A stretch of 64,000 bases of DNA from an uncultured bacterium (GCA_964510385.1 CAZECA010000001.1:17340-81339), one strand, 5' to 3'. Shown: positions 30,151 to 41,075, counted from the first letter of the stretch. A program made the numbers and translations. Notes: generated by a model not told the origin, from the sequence alone.

Positions 30151-32298
30151 ATGGACACTAATTTTATGATGTATGTGAACCTGACTCTTGGAGCTGGAGT
30201 GTTGGCCCTACTTTTTTCAGCATGGAAGACCAGCTGGATTAATAAGCAAGATGAAGGCACAGATAAAATGAAAACGATTGGTGCAAATATTGCAGAAGGC
30301 GCAATGGCCTTTTTGAATGCCGAATATAAAGTATTAACTATTTTTGTAGTCGTAGTGGCCGGTTTGTTGGCCTATGCAAATGCAGGGAACCCAGAATCTA
30401 GTTCTCTGTCTGCAGCATCTTTTATAACAGGTGCTCTGTGTTCAGGGTTGGCCGGATTTTTAGGAATGCGTGTTGCTACAAAAGCAAATAATAGAACTAC
30501 CAACGCTGCTCGAACAGGTCTGGCCCCTGCTCTGAATGTGGCTTTCACTGGAGGTTCTGTTATGGGATTATCTGTTGTAGGACTAGGTGTTTTGGGCCTT
30601 GGAGGATTATTTGTTGTTTATATGAATCAAGACTGGGCAATTGGAAAAGTATTGAACGTGATATCTGGTTTTTCACTGGGGGCATCTTCCATCGCCCTAT
30701 TTGCACGTGTAGGAGGAGGTATTTATACTAAAGCAGCTGATGTTGGTGCAGATCTTGTTGGAAAAGTGGAAGCTGGTATACCAGAAGACCACCCATTGAA
30801 CCCTGCAACCATAGCAGATAATGTGGGAGATAATGTGGGAGATGTTGCTGGAATGGGAGCTGATTTGTTTGAATCTTATGTGGGTTCTATTGTTGGCTCT
30901 ATGGTATTAGGTGCCAGCATACTTGTGGCGGGTGGTTTTGATTTGAGTTTTGTTGTTTTACCTTTATTGATCGCAGGATCGGGTGTCGTGGTCTCTATAA
31001 TTGGAACCTTTATGGTCTCAGTTAAAGAAGGAGGGAATCCTCAAAAAGCACTCAATATTGGAGAATTTGGCTCATCGGCAATTATGGTAGCTGTTATGTA
31101 TCTTTTGATCACCAATTTCCTCCCAGACTCCTTTGAATTGAAAAATGTAAATTATACTAGTATGGGAGTTTTTTGGGCTTCCACCATTGGATTAGCGGCC
31201 GGTTTGGGTATTGGTATGATCACCGAACACTATACTGGCACCAATACTACTCCGACTACTTCCATCACTCGTCAATCTTTGACAGGACCAGCGACGAATA
31301 TCATTGCCGGACTCGGCGTTGGGATGCAATCTACTGCTGTGCCTACCCTGATTATTGCTAGTGGAATTATGGGCGCATATCATTTTGCAGGGCTATATGG
31401 TATTGCAATGGCCGCTTTGGGGATGCTTGCCAATACAGGTATCCAGTTAGCTGTTGATGCCTATGGTCCTATTTCTGATAATGCAGGAGGAATCGCTGAA
31501 ATGGCAGATCTGCCTCGCGAGGTTCGTGAGCGTACAGATAAACTGGATGCGGTTGGGAATACTACCGCTGCTATTGGTAAAGGATTTGCCATTGGCTCTG
31601 CAGCTCTGACAGCTCTTGCGTTATTTGCAGCATACATGGTTCAAACAAACATAACCGGTATAGATATTGCCAATCCAATGGTAATGGCAGGTTTATTCGT
31701 AGGCGGCATGCTGCCATTTCTTTTTTCATCATTGGCAATGAATGCCGTGGGAAGAGCGGCCATGTCAATGATAGAAGAAGTTCGTAGACAATTCAATTCA
31801 ATACCAGAACTTAAAGCAGCATTGGCTGTCATGAATAAATATGATGAAGGGTCTGAATGGTCGGCGGAAGACAAAGCAACATTTGATGCAGCAGATGGTA
31901 AAGCTCAATACGGAAAATGTGTGGAAATATCTACAACATCTGCTATCAGAGAAATGGTGATCCCTGGACTATTAGCCATATTGACGCCTGTGTGTGTTGG
32001 GTTTGTATTTGGGCCTGAAACATTAGGAGGCCTCTTAGCCGGCGTGACAGTGTCTGGAGTATTAATGGCAATTTTCCAATCAAATGCGGGTGGAGCATGG
32101 GATAATGCAAAGAAAATGATCGAAGAAGGTATCGAAGTCGATGGGGTATCGTATGGGAAAGGATCAGAGGCCCATAAAGCAGCCGTTGTCGGTGACACAG
32201 TAGGAGACCCGTTTAAAGACACTTCAGGACCTTCGCTAAATATTTTGATAAAATTAATGTCAGTGGTGTCATTAGTAATTGCACCACTGTTGGTTTAA
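30151..32298 (+). CDS. hppA: Membrane-integral K+-dependent (probably Na+-translocating) pyrophosphatase
   Basis: [55 protein letters not shown] (Ala marks the K+-dependent type), [23 protein letters not shown]. Confidence 0.96.
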   Translation: MDTNFMMYVNLTLGAGVLALLFSAWKTSWINKQDEGTDKMKTIGANIAEGAMAFLNAEYKVLTIFVVVVAGLLAYANAGNPESSSLSAASFITGALCSGLAGFLGMRVATKANNRTTNAARTGLAPALNVAFTGGSVMGLSVVGLGVLGLGGLFVVYMNQDWAIGKVLNVISGFSLGASSIALFARVGGGIYTKAADVGADLVGKVEAGIPEDHPLNPATIADNVGDNVGDVAGMGADLFESYVGSIVGSMVLGASILVAGGFDLSFVVLPLLIAGSGVVVSIIGTFMVSVKEGGNPQKALNIGEFGSSAIMVAVMYLLITNFLPDSFELKNVNYTSMGVFWASTIGLAAGLGIGMITEHYTGTNTTPTTSITRQSLTGPATNIIAGLGVGMQSTAVPTLIIASGIMGAYHFAGLYGIAMAALGMLANTGIQLAVDAYGPISDNAGGIAEMADLPREVRERTDKLDAVGNTTAAIGKGFAIGSAALTALALFAAYMVQTNITGIDIANPMVMAGLFVGGMLPFLFSSLAMNAVGRAAMSMIEEVRRQFNSIPELKAALAVMNKYDEGSEWSAEDKATFDAADGKAQYGKCVEISTTSAIREMVIPGLLAILTPVCVGFVFGPETLGGLLAGVTVSGVLMAIFQSNAGGAWDNAKKMIEEGIEVDGVSYGKGSEAHKAAVVGDTVGDPFKDTSGPSLNILIKLMSVVSLVIAPLLV

Positions 32299-32307
32299 GG
32301 AGAATCT

Positions 32308-32772
32308 ATGAGATACTATGAAATACTATATATCCTGAATCCAAACTTCGAGCAGTCTCGAGTCAGTGATATTTTAAAAGAAGTTGAGGAATTTATATCC
32401 AAATCCAGTTCTGTCATTAATCATCGTGTTTGGGGGAAAAAGCGTTTAGCATATCCTATTGATCAGCACAAGTATGGGATCTATATCCTTTTACAATTCG
32501 AATCCGATCAAGCAGGTTCATTGGTTGGGTTTGAGGACTTCCTCAAGTTAAATAATTCAGTTTTACGTCATCAAAATGTACGTTTGGATGAAAAGCCGGA
32601 AAAAGATGAAAGTCATATTATTGATGATAGCGAAGATATAGATGAAGATGCTCCCGTGGAAGAAAAATTAGATGATGTTTCTGAAAATATTCAAGAAAAG
32701 TCAGAAAACGAATCAGAGGTAGAGTCGGCAGAAGAACCAGAACCAGAACCAGAAGAAGAAACTTCAGAATAA
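32308..32772 (+). CDS. rpsF: 30S ribosomal protein S6
   Basis: MRYYEILYIL, WGKKRLAYPI, VLRH; acidic tail. Confidence 0.96.
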   Translation: MRYYEILYILNPNFEQSRVSDILKEVEEFISKSSSVINHRVWGKKRLAYPIDQHKYGIYILLQFESDQAGSLVGFEDFLKLNNSVLRHQNVRLDEKPEKDESHIIDDSEDIDEDAPVEEKLDDVSENIQEKSENESEVESAEEPEPEPEEETSE

Positions 32773-32788
32773 TTAAAGAGAGGAAATC

Positions 32789-33016
32789 ATGGCATTTGTT
32801 AGTAGAAGAAAATTCTGTTATTTTAAAGAAAATAGTATTTCAGAAATTGACTATAAAGATGTGAAACTATTGCGCCGTTTTGTAACAGAGCAGGGAAAGA
32901 TTATGCCCCGCAGAGTGACGGGCACAAGCGCAAAAATGCATCGCAAATTGATTAGGGCCATTAAACGCGCACGTAATATTGCATTGATGCCTTACACAAA
33001 TTTGGATGAAAATTAA
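32789..33016 (+). CDS. rpsR: 30S ribosomal protein S18
   Basis: [39 protein letters not shown]. Confidence 0.98.
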   Translation: MAFVSRRKFCYFKENSISEIDYKDVKLLRRFVTEQGKIMPRRVTGTSAKMHRKLIRAIKRARNIALMPYTNLDEN

Positions 33017-33028
33017 AGGAGTATCGAT

Positions 33029-33472
33029 ATGGATATTATTTTACTCCAAGATGTGGAGTCATTAGGTACCGCTGGTGATATTGTTTCGGTTAAACCCGGT
33101 TATGCGCGGAATTATCTATTCCCAAGGCGGCTTGCATTGCGGGCTTCCAAGCGTAACCTGGCTATTGCAGATGAGCGCAAGCGTAATGCTGAGAAACGTC
33201 ATGCACATGATGTAAAAATTAATCAAGATGTTGCAGATCAGTTAAATAATCTGGAAATGACATTTGAGGTACAAGTGGGCGAAGAAGAAAAAATGTTTGG
33301 GGCTGTTACAGCAAAAGATATTTATAATAAATTAGAAGAAAAGGGGATTTCAATCGATCGCAATCGTATCGAACTTACTGAGTCCATCAAAGCGCTTGGG
33401 ATTTATCATGTCCCGGTGAGAATATCATCTGATATGAAGCCGGAGCTAAAGGTATATGTTATCAAGGCATAA
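33029..33472 (+). CDS. rplI: 50S ribosomal protein L9
   Basis: LGTAGDIVSVKPGYARNYLFP, MFGAVT, IKALG. Confidence 0.98.
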   Translation: MDIILLQDVESLGTAGDIVSVKPGYARNYLFPRRLALRASKRNLAIADERKRNAEKRHAHDVKINQDVADQLNNLEMTFEVQVGEEEKMFGAVTAKDIYNKLEEKGISIDRNRIELTESIKALGIYHVPVRISSDMKPELKVYVIKA

Positions 33473-33495
33473 TTGAGGATATTAAATTCACAACT

Positions 33496-33535
33496 AAATA
33501 ACCCCCTGCAATTTTTGTGGGGGGTTATTTTTTTT
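33496..33535 (+). terminator. Intrinsic terminator after rplI
   Basis: AAATAACCCCCTGCA-ATTTT-TGTGGGGGGTTATTT stem (15 bp including two G-U pairs) followed by a T run. Confidence 0.85.
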
Positions 33536-33583
33536 ATAAAGAATTCTTGTTGAAAGAAATAACTGCATATAGTTTCACCAATC

Positions 33584-35812
33584 ATGTTTGCTGATATTGT
33601 ATTTCCCATCTCAAGCTATGTGCAATTCACATATAAAATTCCAGATGAATTGACAGAAGAAATCCAAATTGGATCACGCGTCAAAGCTCCACTTGGCAAT
33701 CGAAAAGTCATTGGAATTGTAACATCAAAACGTAAGCAATCCCGTTTTAAGGGGAAGCACAAGTCTGTGATTGAATTAATCGATTCTAATCCGGTGATGG
33801 ATGCATCTTTGTGGTCTCTTGCTCAGTGGATGAGTAAGTATTATTTTACCCCACTGGGTCAAGTAGCTAAAACAATACTGCCATCCAAGCTATCATCAAA
33901 ATATCAACCCCCCACTACTGCTATGGTTTCATTTAAACGGTTTGGTGAATCTTACTCCAATATGGAAAAACGAGCACCTGCTCAAGCGAAAATTCTAGAA
34001 TTTTTACACCTACAGAAAGGATCCGTTCCTGTATCTTCGTTGAATAAGATTGTCAGCAATCCCAATGTCATTTGCCGATCTTTATTTGAAAAGGATCTAG
34101 TTGATTTAAATGAAACAATACGTTTTCCAGATGTAACCGGTTTTACTTTTTCGCCCATAGATAAGGAGATTTATTTTACTAAAGAACAAAAAACAGTTCT
34201 TAATGGAATGATAAAAAAATTAAACGATGAAACGTTCAGTCCATCACTACTACATGGAGTAACTGGAAGCGGTAAAACAGAAATATACATAGAATTGGTT
34301 CGTCAGGCGTTACAACAGGGGAAAACAGCGATTCTGCTACTCCCAGAGATTTCATTGACACCTCAAATTGCAGGACGATTCAGAGCGGTTTTTGGTGAAT
34401 CGGTTGCCTTATGGCACTCCAAACTTTCCCAGTCGGCCCGCTCTTGGACATGGAAACAGATGTGTAATGGTCGCATCAAAGTGGCCATAGGAGCACGTAG
34501 TGCCGTATTTGCACCTATGAAGAATCTGGGGGTTATTATTATAGATGAAGAACAAGAGCATTCATTCAAGCAGGAATCACCTGCGCCAAGGTACCATGCA
34601 AGAGACGTTGCGCTTGTGAGGGGGAAATTAAATAATGCATTAGTTGTTTTGTCTAGCGCTACACCCGGCCTGGAAACCTATTATAATTATATTAAGGGTA
34701 AGTATGATTATTACCGATTGGAAAAAAGATATAGCGGAGAACCATATCCCCGTGTTTATGTCGTGGATATGATAAATGAACAAGAAGAAACTGGAAAATA
34801 TCAGCAGATCATTTCAAGTGTTTTGCAAAAGAAAATGGAAAATTGTTTTGCAAAAGGCGAGCAGGTCATTCTTCTACAAAACAGAAGAGGATATGCGCCC
34901 ATTTTTCGTTGTGGTGATTGCGGTTATGTTGCAACCTGTAATGATTGTGAGGTCTCTCTTACCTATCACAGCTATAATAAGACATTAAAATGTCATTTTT
35001 GTGGTTTTCAAACAAAAGAAATTTCAGTTGCATGCACCAGTTGTAACAGTATAAATATGAAATTACTGGGAGTGGGAACCCAGAAGGTGGAAGATGTATT
35101 ACATGAACATTTTCCGGATATTATTACTGCGCGATTAGATCAGGATTCAAGTAAAGATGCCAAAAAGCTAACTCGTATTTTAGAGGAATTTGGCAATGGA
35201 AATATCCATGTATTAATCGGGACTCAAATGATCGCTAAGGGATTGGATTTTGAAAACGTAACACTTGTAGGGGTAATCAATGGCGATACTGGATTATTTT
35301 TGCCAGATTTCAGATCTGGAGAGCGCGGGTTCCAATTGATTTATCAAGCTGCCGGAAGATCGGGACGCACAAAAAAAGGCGAAGTAGTGATCCAAACTTA
35401 TAATGTGGAAAACCCTGTATTAAAACATGCTGCAAAGCTTGAACAAAAGGCCTATTACAATATATCCCTAAGCGAGCGAGAGGCTTTGAATTATCCCCCC
35501 TTTTCTTGGATGATACGTATAGAGACCATGGGTAGTAAAAGAGATAACGTAAAGGAACATGCGGAAAAAATTATAAAAATACTGGGGCAACCTCCCAGGG
35601 GTATTGAAATTTTAGGCCCGGCATTTTGTTATCGGGAACGCTTACGTGGTAAATATCGTATGCATATCATGTTAAGATCCAATAAAAAGCAAGACCACAG
35701 AGGGGAAAAAGTGCACAGGTTTTTGCGAGACCGATTTAAAAAAGGGTTTATTGTAAAATCTCCATCAGGACTCAATACATTTATCGATGTCAATCCAGTA
35801 TCTGTACTATGA
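33584..35812 (+). CDS. priA: Primosomal protein N' (replication restart helicase)
   Basis: GVTGSGKTE, LLPEISLTPQ, IDEEQE, SATP, NRRGY, zinc motifs CGDC, CNDC, CHFC, CTSC, GTQMIAKG, QAAGRSGR. Confidence 0.97.
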   Translation: MFADIVFPISSYVQFTYKIPDELTEEIQIGSRVKAPLGNRKVIGIVTSKRKQSRFKGKHKSVIELIDSNPVMDASLWSLAQWMSKYYFTPLGQVAKTILPSKLSSKYQPPTTAMVSFKRFGESYSNMEKRAPAQAKILEFLHLQKGSVPVSSLNKIVSNPNVICRSLFEKDLVDLNETIRFPDVTGFTFSPIDKEIYFTKEQKTVLNGMIKKLNDETFSPSLLHGVTGSGKTEIYIELVRQALQQGKTAILLLPEISLTPQIAGRFRAVFGESVALWHSKLSQSARSWTWKQMCNGRIKVAIGARSAVFAPMKNLGVIIIDEEQEHSFKQESPAPRYHARDVALVRGKLNNALVVLSSATPGLETYYNYIKGKYDYYRLEKRYSGEPYPRVYVVDMINEQEETGKYQQIISSVLQKKMENCFAKGEQVILLQNRRGYAPIFRCGDCGYVATCNDCEVSLTYHSYNKTLKCHFCGFQTKEISVACTSCNSINMKLLGVGTQKVEDVLHEHFPDIITARLDQDSSKDAKKLTRILEEFGNGNIHVLIGTQMIAKGLDFENVTLVGVINGDTGLFLPDFRSGERGFQLIYQAAGRSGRTKKGEVVIQTYNVENPVLKHAAKLEQKAYYNISLSEREALNYPPFSWMIRIETMGSKRDNVKEHAEKIIKILGQPPRGIEILGPAFCYRERLRGKYRMHIMLRSNKKQDHRGEKVHRFLRDRFKKGFIVKSPSGLNTFIDVNPVSVL

Positions 35813-36708
35813 AGAAATTAATCTGTTCCAGCATTATTTTTACCTGGTTGACTGGAGCATCCTTTATGGGGATGGATCACTGGTATCACCCCCATCAAAT
35901 TTCTTTATCAGGAGCAGGCGGAACATTTAATAATGTATCTTCAGATATTTCAAACCCAGCTGGTTTATGGAGCCTCCCCAGGTCTTTTAATGTGGGCGTT
36001 GTTTCTTATCCGGCAGATATAATTACACAGTCTGCACATTTATCCCTTCCAGGAAATGAAGCGGTGACAGTATATGGAATTCGACATCTAAATTATGGAT
36101 TGTTTGAAGGAAAAAATGATGTTAATGAAAAAACATCAGATTTTTATGCATCCGATACATGGTTTAGCTGGGCAGCTGCAGGACATTCTTCTAATTGGCC
36201 TTTGTTGTGGGGAGTGAGCGTCGGATTATTTTATAGTTCTATAGAGCACAAAGAAGCCATCGCGATTACCTATTCAGTAGGCAGCATTCTGGTTTTAGAA
36301 AAACTAGATGCAAAATTGGGAATTGCCATAATGAACGGAGGAACAGTAATAAAAAAATATACCTCTTTCCAAGAGGATCTACCCACAGTTCTATTGATTT
36401 CATTTGCAAAGGAATTGGAATACCTACCCCTGACGCTTTCAGCAGATGTTTTCAATCGTTTTAATGACGATAAAATCGACGTCAAACTTGGCGGTCTCTT
36501 CGATCTGCCAAATAATATAAAATTGAAATTTGGGACATCATCTAACAGGGTTAAACAATCTGTAGAAAAGAACTTCTCAAAAGATTTATTGGCGGATACG
36601 GGTTTTGGAATTGGTTGGGAGTATGAAAATTACCATTTTGAAACAGGATTTTATTCCTATGGCCCTGGCGGTTGGATGTCGGGGTTGTCGGTTGGTATTC
36701 AGTTTTAG
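35809..36708 (+). CDS. PorV/PorQ/FadL-like outer-membrane beta-barrel protein
   Basis: Signal peptide; SLSGAGG...DISNPAGL N-terminal hatch motif; amphipathic strands; terminal SVGIQF. Confidence 0.65.
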   Translation: MKKLICSSIIFTWLTGASFMGMDHWYHPHQISLSGAGGTFNNVSSDISNPAGLWSLPRSFNVGVVSYPADIITQSAHLSLPGNEAVTVYGIRHLNYGLFEGKNDVNEKTSDFYASDTWFSWAAAGHSSNWPLLWGVSVGLFYSSIEHKEAIAITYSVGSILVLEKLDAKLGIAIMNGGTVIKKYTSFQEDLPTVLLISFAKELEYLPLTLSADVFNRFNDDKIDVKLGGLFDLPNNIKLKFGTSSNRVKQSVEKNFSKDLLADTGFGIGWEYENYHFETGFYSYGPGGWMSGLSVGIQF

Positions 36709-36711
36709 ACC

Positions 36712-39471
36712 GTGATTAAACAATATGCAGTTTTCTGCCTTGGGATCATGATTTCCCCATGGTTTATATATTCTCAAGGGTTAGATGTTTCCTATGAACT
36801 GGATCTATATTTTTATCCCGACTCATCAAATTCATCTGGTAAAATTTCAGGTGTGAACCATGTTTTAGTTATCAATAATTCTCATCAAGAGCTTCGTGAA
36901 TTATATTTTCATATCGCTGGGAATAATCCCTTTCTTGACAAACCGCATACAACTATTAAGCAAGTGAGAACATCTCATGGCGGCCGTGTAGCTGGAAGTG
37001 ATAGTTTAGTCATGCGGGTGGGGCTGTTCCCGCCATTACAAAAGGGAGAGAAGGCTCTGGTTGATATTGAGTTTGAAACTGAGTTTTCCATAATAATTGA
37101 TGCCGGAATTGCCACCGCAGGCTCAAAAAAAGATACAACTGTCTATAATGGGATTAATTTTTATCCTGTTTTAGAATATTTCTATCCGGATGGCTGGCGC
37201 GTGGATGAATATGGAAAGACCGCCAAACCATACAGCGCTTTCGCATCCTATTTTGTGACATTAACCATCCCTAAACAATTTCAAATATCTTCATCCTCTA
37301 AGGTCGACGAATCAAAAGAATTGGATACGGGACATGTGGAATACGTGATTAAGGATGAAATGACGCGTAGTGTCTCTGTGGCCATTTATGATAACTTGAA
37401 AAAATCAACGTTTAATATAAACGGTCGAAAAGTAGAAATAGCATTTCCTCCTGGAAAGGCGAAACAAGCGGAAGAAATAAAAGATCGCTTATATAAGCTG
37501 ATTCCTTTTTACGAATCCCAGTTCGGCAATGCTTTGATGGACAAGCTGGTGATTGTGAACGGTTATTCAATAGGGGCTCAGGCCATATCGAACAGTAATT
37601 ATCTAATTATTCAGGATGGCAATTATGTTAATCACCTGCTTGATCATGAGATTGCCCACCAATGGTTTGATTATTCGATTTTTCCAAATGAGCCAGAAAT
37701 ATCGTGGATGAATGAATCCTTAGCAGAATATGCAAGCTCGTTGTTTGAACAAACTCTATTTAAAAAACCAGACCCATTTACGTTTACTCAACCTATCCCA
37801 GATATTGGAGTTTGGGAGCAGGTTAAGGCCATGGATATGGAAGACTGGGCCCGGACGTTAATGGAAATAATTGGAGACAGATCCCTCCCCCCCACATATG
37901 ATCCGGGTAAGCAAATTGGCTGGGAATCTGTTGAAACTATCTATTCAAAGTATATTTCTGGAAGACACGCCCTGCAAATGCTTCAGATATCAATAGGCGA
38001 TACGATCATGAGCCAGATAATGAAAGATTATTATTTACATTTCAAAGGTAAATCTGCTAGTCCTAAAGATTTTATTCAAACAGTAAGAAAATTTACAAAT
38101 GAAAATGAAGCTGAAAATTTTCGTTTAGCTTTAACAACTAATTTATCTTCCGATATGATTATAGATAAGGTAAAAAGTGTTCAGACTCAAAATGGTCATT
38201 GGACCCATTCAATTTTTACAAGTGTTGAAGGACAATGGATTTTGCCTGTGGATGTGATGATTGTTTCCGAAATGAACGATACAACAATTAAAGAAAATCA
38301 AAATATCGTGAACTCATCTGTGATCGAAATACAAACAAAAGATCAAATGAGGAGTACAGTGCTAGACCCCTATAAACGATTGTTTGATTCTAATCGATTA
38401 AACAATCGCTGGCCAAGACAAATCTCGTTAAGGCCTGACTATGGACTGCCAAGTTGGGAAGCCTATAAGGTTTATTATAGGCCAAGACTCAAACGAGATT
38501 GGAGAGGCAACTGGAGGACAGGTATGAAATTGTCGGGCGGTATCGGCATAAATATGATGCCAATAAGACCGGCCTTTTATCAAAATCAATTTGATTTAGA
38601 GATTACATTTTCAACGGGTATTCCGCAATATAATTGGGGTGGGAAAATAAATTATCGGTCTCCATTGCGTTCCACTGTAAACACATACTGGGAATTTGAA
38701 TATGGTTATGAATACCCCAAGAAATGGTCAAAGGTATCGTTCAATAATTACATTGGAGAACCTAAATATCTGGCTGTACATGGGGAATCACACTACTCCC
38801 GCATAACTACGACATTTTCTAGCAACGAATACGTTGTGGCCGAAGTAGATGGATGGTGGTCAGAAGGTTTAAGTATAACACTTAAAGAAAAATGGACAAT
38901 CTTTTCTTATAAACCAAGCCAGCGTTATTTGATTGAAACACATTTAATCTGTGGTTTTCAAGAGGATGACACCTTTTATAATTTTGGATTGGCCACAGAT
39001 TTTGAGACGCATAATATTGCCAATTATATCGTTCGTATTCATGGAGAGGCGGGATTTGCTTGGGATGAACGTGAGGGGAATGAATTAGCCTTTCGTTTGT
39101 TGTACACACCTAAAGTCTGGCAAACTATTCAAGGGCGGGTTCCATTATTTCGAGGAGTGTCAGAAGAAGAAAAGAAATGGCATGATAATATTGCTAGTTT
39201 CGGATTAAGTGTCGGTTGGGAAACATCTGGGCCTGTTTGGCCTATGGTATATATTGATGCAGCTAAAGCACATGATTTTAATGGGACACTAATAGAAAGG
39301 ATCGATAGTTTTTCAAAAGAAGAAAAAACTTTTATATCTGCTGGCATTGGAATCGAATCCCAAACTTTGATGGAGATCGGTTTATATTTTCCTCTGTGGG
39401 TCTCACACCCCGTACGAGGCGAAAGTAAATTTGCTTTGCGCACACTGCTCCAGTGGGGGTTTTACTTTTAA
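36712..39471 (+). CDS. M1-family zinc metallopeptidase with C-terminal beta-barrel-like domain
   Basis: HEIAHQWF then WMNESLAEY (HExxH-x18-E); C-terminal third rich in amphipathic strands, ending LQWGFYF. Confidence 0.8.
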   Translation: MIKQYAVFCLGIMISPWFIYSQGLDVSYELDLYFYPDSSNSSGKISGVNHVLVINNSHQELRELYFHIAGNNPFLDKPHTTIKQVRTSHGGRVAGSDSLVMRVGLFPPLQKGEKALVDIEFETEFSIIIDAGIATAGSKKDTTVYNGINFYPVLEYFYPDGWRVDEYGKTAKPYSAFASYFVTLTIPKQFQISSSSKVDESKELDTGHVEYVIKDEMTRSVSVAIYDNLKKSTFNINGRKVEIAFPPGKAKQAEEIKDRLYKLIPFYESQFGNALMDKLVIVNGYSIGAQAISNSNYLIIQDGNYVNHLLDHEIAHQWFDYSIFPNEPEISWMNESLAEYASSLFEQTLFKKPDPFTFTQPIPDIGVWEQVKAMDMEDWARTLMEIIGDRSLPPTYDPGKQIGWESVETIYSKYISGRHALQMLQISIGDTIMSQIMKDYYLHFKGKSASPKDFIQTVRKFTNENEAENFRLALTTNLSSDMIIDKVKSVQTQNGHWTHSIFTSVEGQWILPVDVMIVSEMNDTTIKENQNIVNSSVIEIQTKDQMRSTVLDPYKRLFDSNRLNNRWPRQISLRPDYGLPSWEAYKVYYRPRLKRDWRGNWRTGMKLSGGIGINMMPIRPAFYQNQFDLEITFSTGIPQYNWGGKINYRSPLRSTVNTYWEFEYGYEYPKKWSKVSFNNYIGEPKYLAVHGESHYSRITTTFSSNEYVVAEVDGWWSEGLSITLKEKWTIFSYKPSQRYLIETHLICGFQEDDTFYNFGLATDFETHNIANYIVRIHGEAGFAWDEREGNELAFRLLYTPKVWQTIQGRVPLFRGVSEEEKKWHDNIASFGLSVGWETSGPVWPMVYIDAAKAHDFNGTLIERIDSFSKEEKTFISAGIGIESQTLMEIGLYFPLWVSHPVRGESKFALRTLLQWGFYF

Positions 39472-39528
39472 TAATACGTCGCGAATTCCTTAATATTTAA
39501 GTATATTTATTAATATTACTAAAATATT

Positions 39529-39563
39529 AATGAAATTATAAATTATACGTAATAATTTCATTA
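39529..39563. promoter_or_regulatory. Perfect 12-bp inverted repeat (candidate operator) upstream of the Lrp/AsnC gene
   Basis: TAATGAAATTAT-N11-ATAATTTCATTA; TATAAT at 39538-39543 overlaps it; ends 2 nt before the ATG. Confidence 0.5.
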
Positions 39564-39565
39564 TT

Positions 39566-40027
39566 ATGTTTGATGATAAAGATTACCAGATTCTTTCAGC
39601 TCTTCAGTCCAATTCACGTACTACGGCCAGCGATATTGCAGAATCAGTAGAGATGTCCATACCAGCTGTTGCAGAGCGGATCAAGAAACTGACCGAGAAT
39701 GGAGCAATTGAGTCATTTACTGCAAAACTGGATGGAAAACAGCTGGGGTTTGATCTAGCTGCTTTCATTGCGGTGGTAAGTGCATCATCAGAGCATTATG
39801 AAAAAATAATAAAGAAAGCGATTTCGCACCCTTCAGTTATGGAATGCCATTCTGTCACCGGTGATGGGAGCCATATGTTAAAAGTTAGAGTTAGAAACTC
39901 CTCTGAATTAGAAAAACTACTGCGAGTGATCCAATCCTGGCCGGGGATTATTAGAACCCATACATCTGTCATTATGAGTACCTATAAAGAAGGTTTTGAT
40001 TTGGATCTTTCATCAATACACACATAA
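39566..40027 (+). CDS. Lrp/AsnC family transcriptional regulator
   Basis: DDKDYQILSALQSNSR HTH, ERIKKLTENGAI, ECHSVTGDGSHMLKV, RTHTSVIM. Confidence 0.93.
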   Translation: MFDDKDYQILSALQSNSRTTASDIAESVEMSIPAVAERIKKLTENGAIESFTAKLDGKQLGFDLAAFIAVVSASSEHYEKIIKKAISHPSVMECHSVTGDGSHMLKVRVRNSSELEKLLRVIQSWPGIIRTHTSVIMSTYKEGFDLDLSSIHT

Positions 40028-40042
40028 ACCAAAGGAAAAACT

Positions 40043-41053
40043 ATGGAAAAAATAAAAGCAGAATATATTTGGATAGATGGACACAGGCCCACCTCTAAGC
40101 TACGATCGAAAACAAAAGTTATTGATGCCCCCGTTACAAGTCTGGATCAAATACCTTTATGGGGGTTTGATGGATCCAGTACTATGCAGGCAGGGGGTGG
40201 TGACAGTGACTGTATGCTAAAACCGGTCAAATTCATTCCGGACCCAATCCGGGGCGGGGATGATATTCTGGTCATGTGTGAAGTTCGACTACCTGATGGT
40301 TCTGTGCATGAATCTAATACAAGAGCTCATTTAGTCAAGATCGCAGAAAAATATAAGGATCATGATCCATGGTTTGGCATTGAACAGGAATATACATTCT
40401 TTGTTGGCAGGTCCCCACTGGGGTGGCCGGAAGGCGGCTATCCAGCCCCTCAAGGGCCCTTTTATTGTGGTGTGGGTGCAGATGAAGTCTTTGGCCGGGA
40501 TATTGTTGAGGAGCATATGGAAGCCTGTATAGTAGCCGGAATTGAAATTTCTGGAATCAATGCGGAGGTGATGCCTGGGCAGTGGGAATTTCAGGTAGGC
40601 CCCGTAGGAGCAATAGAAGCCGGTGACCAGCTTTGGTTGGCCAGATGGCTTTTATATCGGATTGCTGAAGATTATGATGTAAATGCCACGCTTCATCCTA
40701 AACCCGTAACCGGTGACTGGAATGGTGCAGGAGCCCACACAAACTTCAGTACAAAATCTATGAGAGAGAATGGGGGAATGAAAGTGATTGAAGCTGCCTG
40801 CGAAGCACTTAGTAAAAAACATGAAGATCATATTGCTGTTTATGGAGCTCATAACGAAGAAAGGCTCACCGGCCTCCACGAAACATGTTCAATTCATGAA
40901 TTCAGGTATGGAGTCAGTGACAGAGGAGCATCGATTCGTATTCCAATGCAGACCGCCAATGATGGCCATGGGTATTTAGAGGATCGAAGACCTTCTGCCA
41001 ATATGGATCCTTATCAGGTGTGCGCAGCATTGTTAGAGACCTGCTGCTCATAG
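40043..41053 (+). CDS. glnII: Glutamine synthetase type II (eukaryote-like GSII)
   Basis: 336 aa; AEYIWIDG, LRSKT, WGFDGSST, WFGIEQEY, QGPFYCGVG, NAEVMPGQWEFQVG, GDWNGAGAHTNFST, RLTGLHET, RGASIRIP, YLEDRRPSANMDPY. Confidence 0.93.
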   Translation: MEKIKAEYIWIDGHRPTSKLRSKTKVIDAPVTSLDQIPLWGFDGSSTMQAGGGDSDCMLKPVKFIPDPIRGGDDILVMCEVRLPDGSVHESNTRAHLVKIAEKYKDHDPWFGIEQEYTFFVGRSPLGWPEGGYPAPQGPFYCGVGADEVFGRDIVEEHMEACIVAGIEISGINAEVMPGQWEFQVGPVGAIEAGDQLWLARWLLYRIAEDYDVNATLHPKPVTGDWNGAGAHTNFSTKSMRENGGMKVIEAACEALSKKHEDHIAVYGAHNEERLTGLHETCSIHEFRYGVSDRGASIRIPMQTANDGHGYLEDRRPSANMDPYQVCAALLETCCS

Positions 41054-41075
41054 CAAATTCTACTTGTCAACCTCT

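Noticed and set aside
32730-32765. CCAGAA tandem repeat in rpsF
   Set aside because: It simply encodes the EPEPEP acidic tail of S6
35809-36708. Type IX secretion system locus
   Set aside because: A single PorV-like barrel is not enough; no porK/L/M/N or sprA in the window
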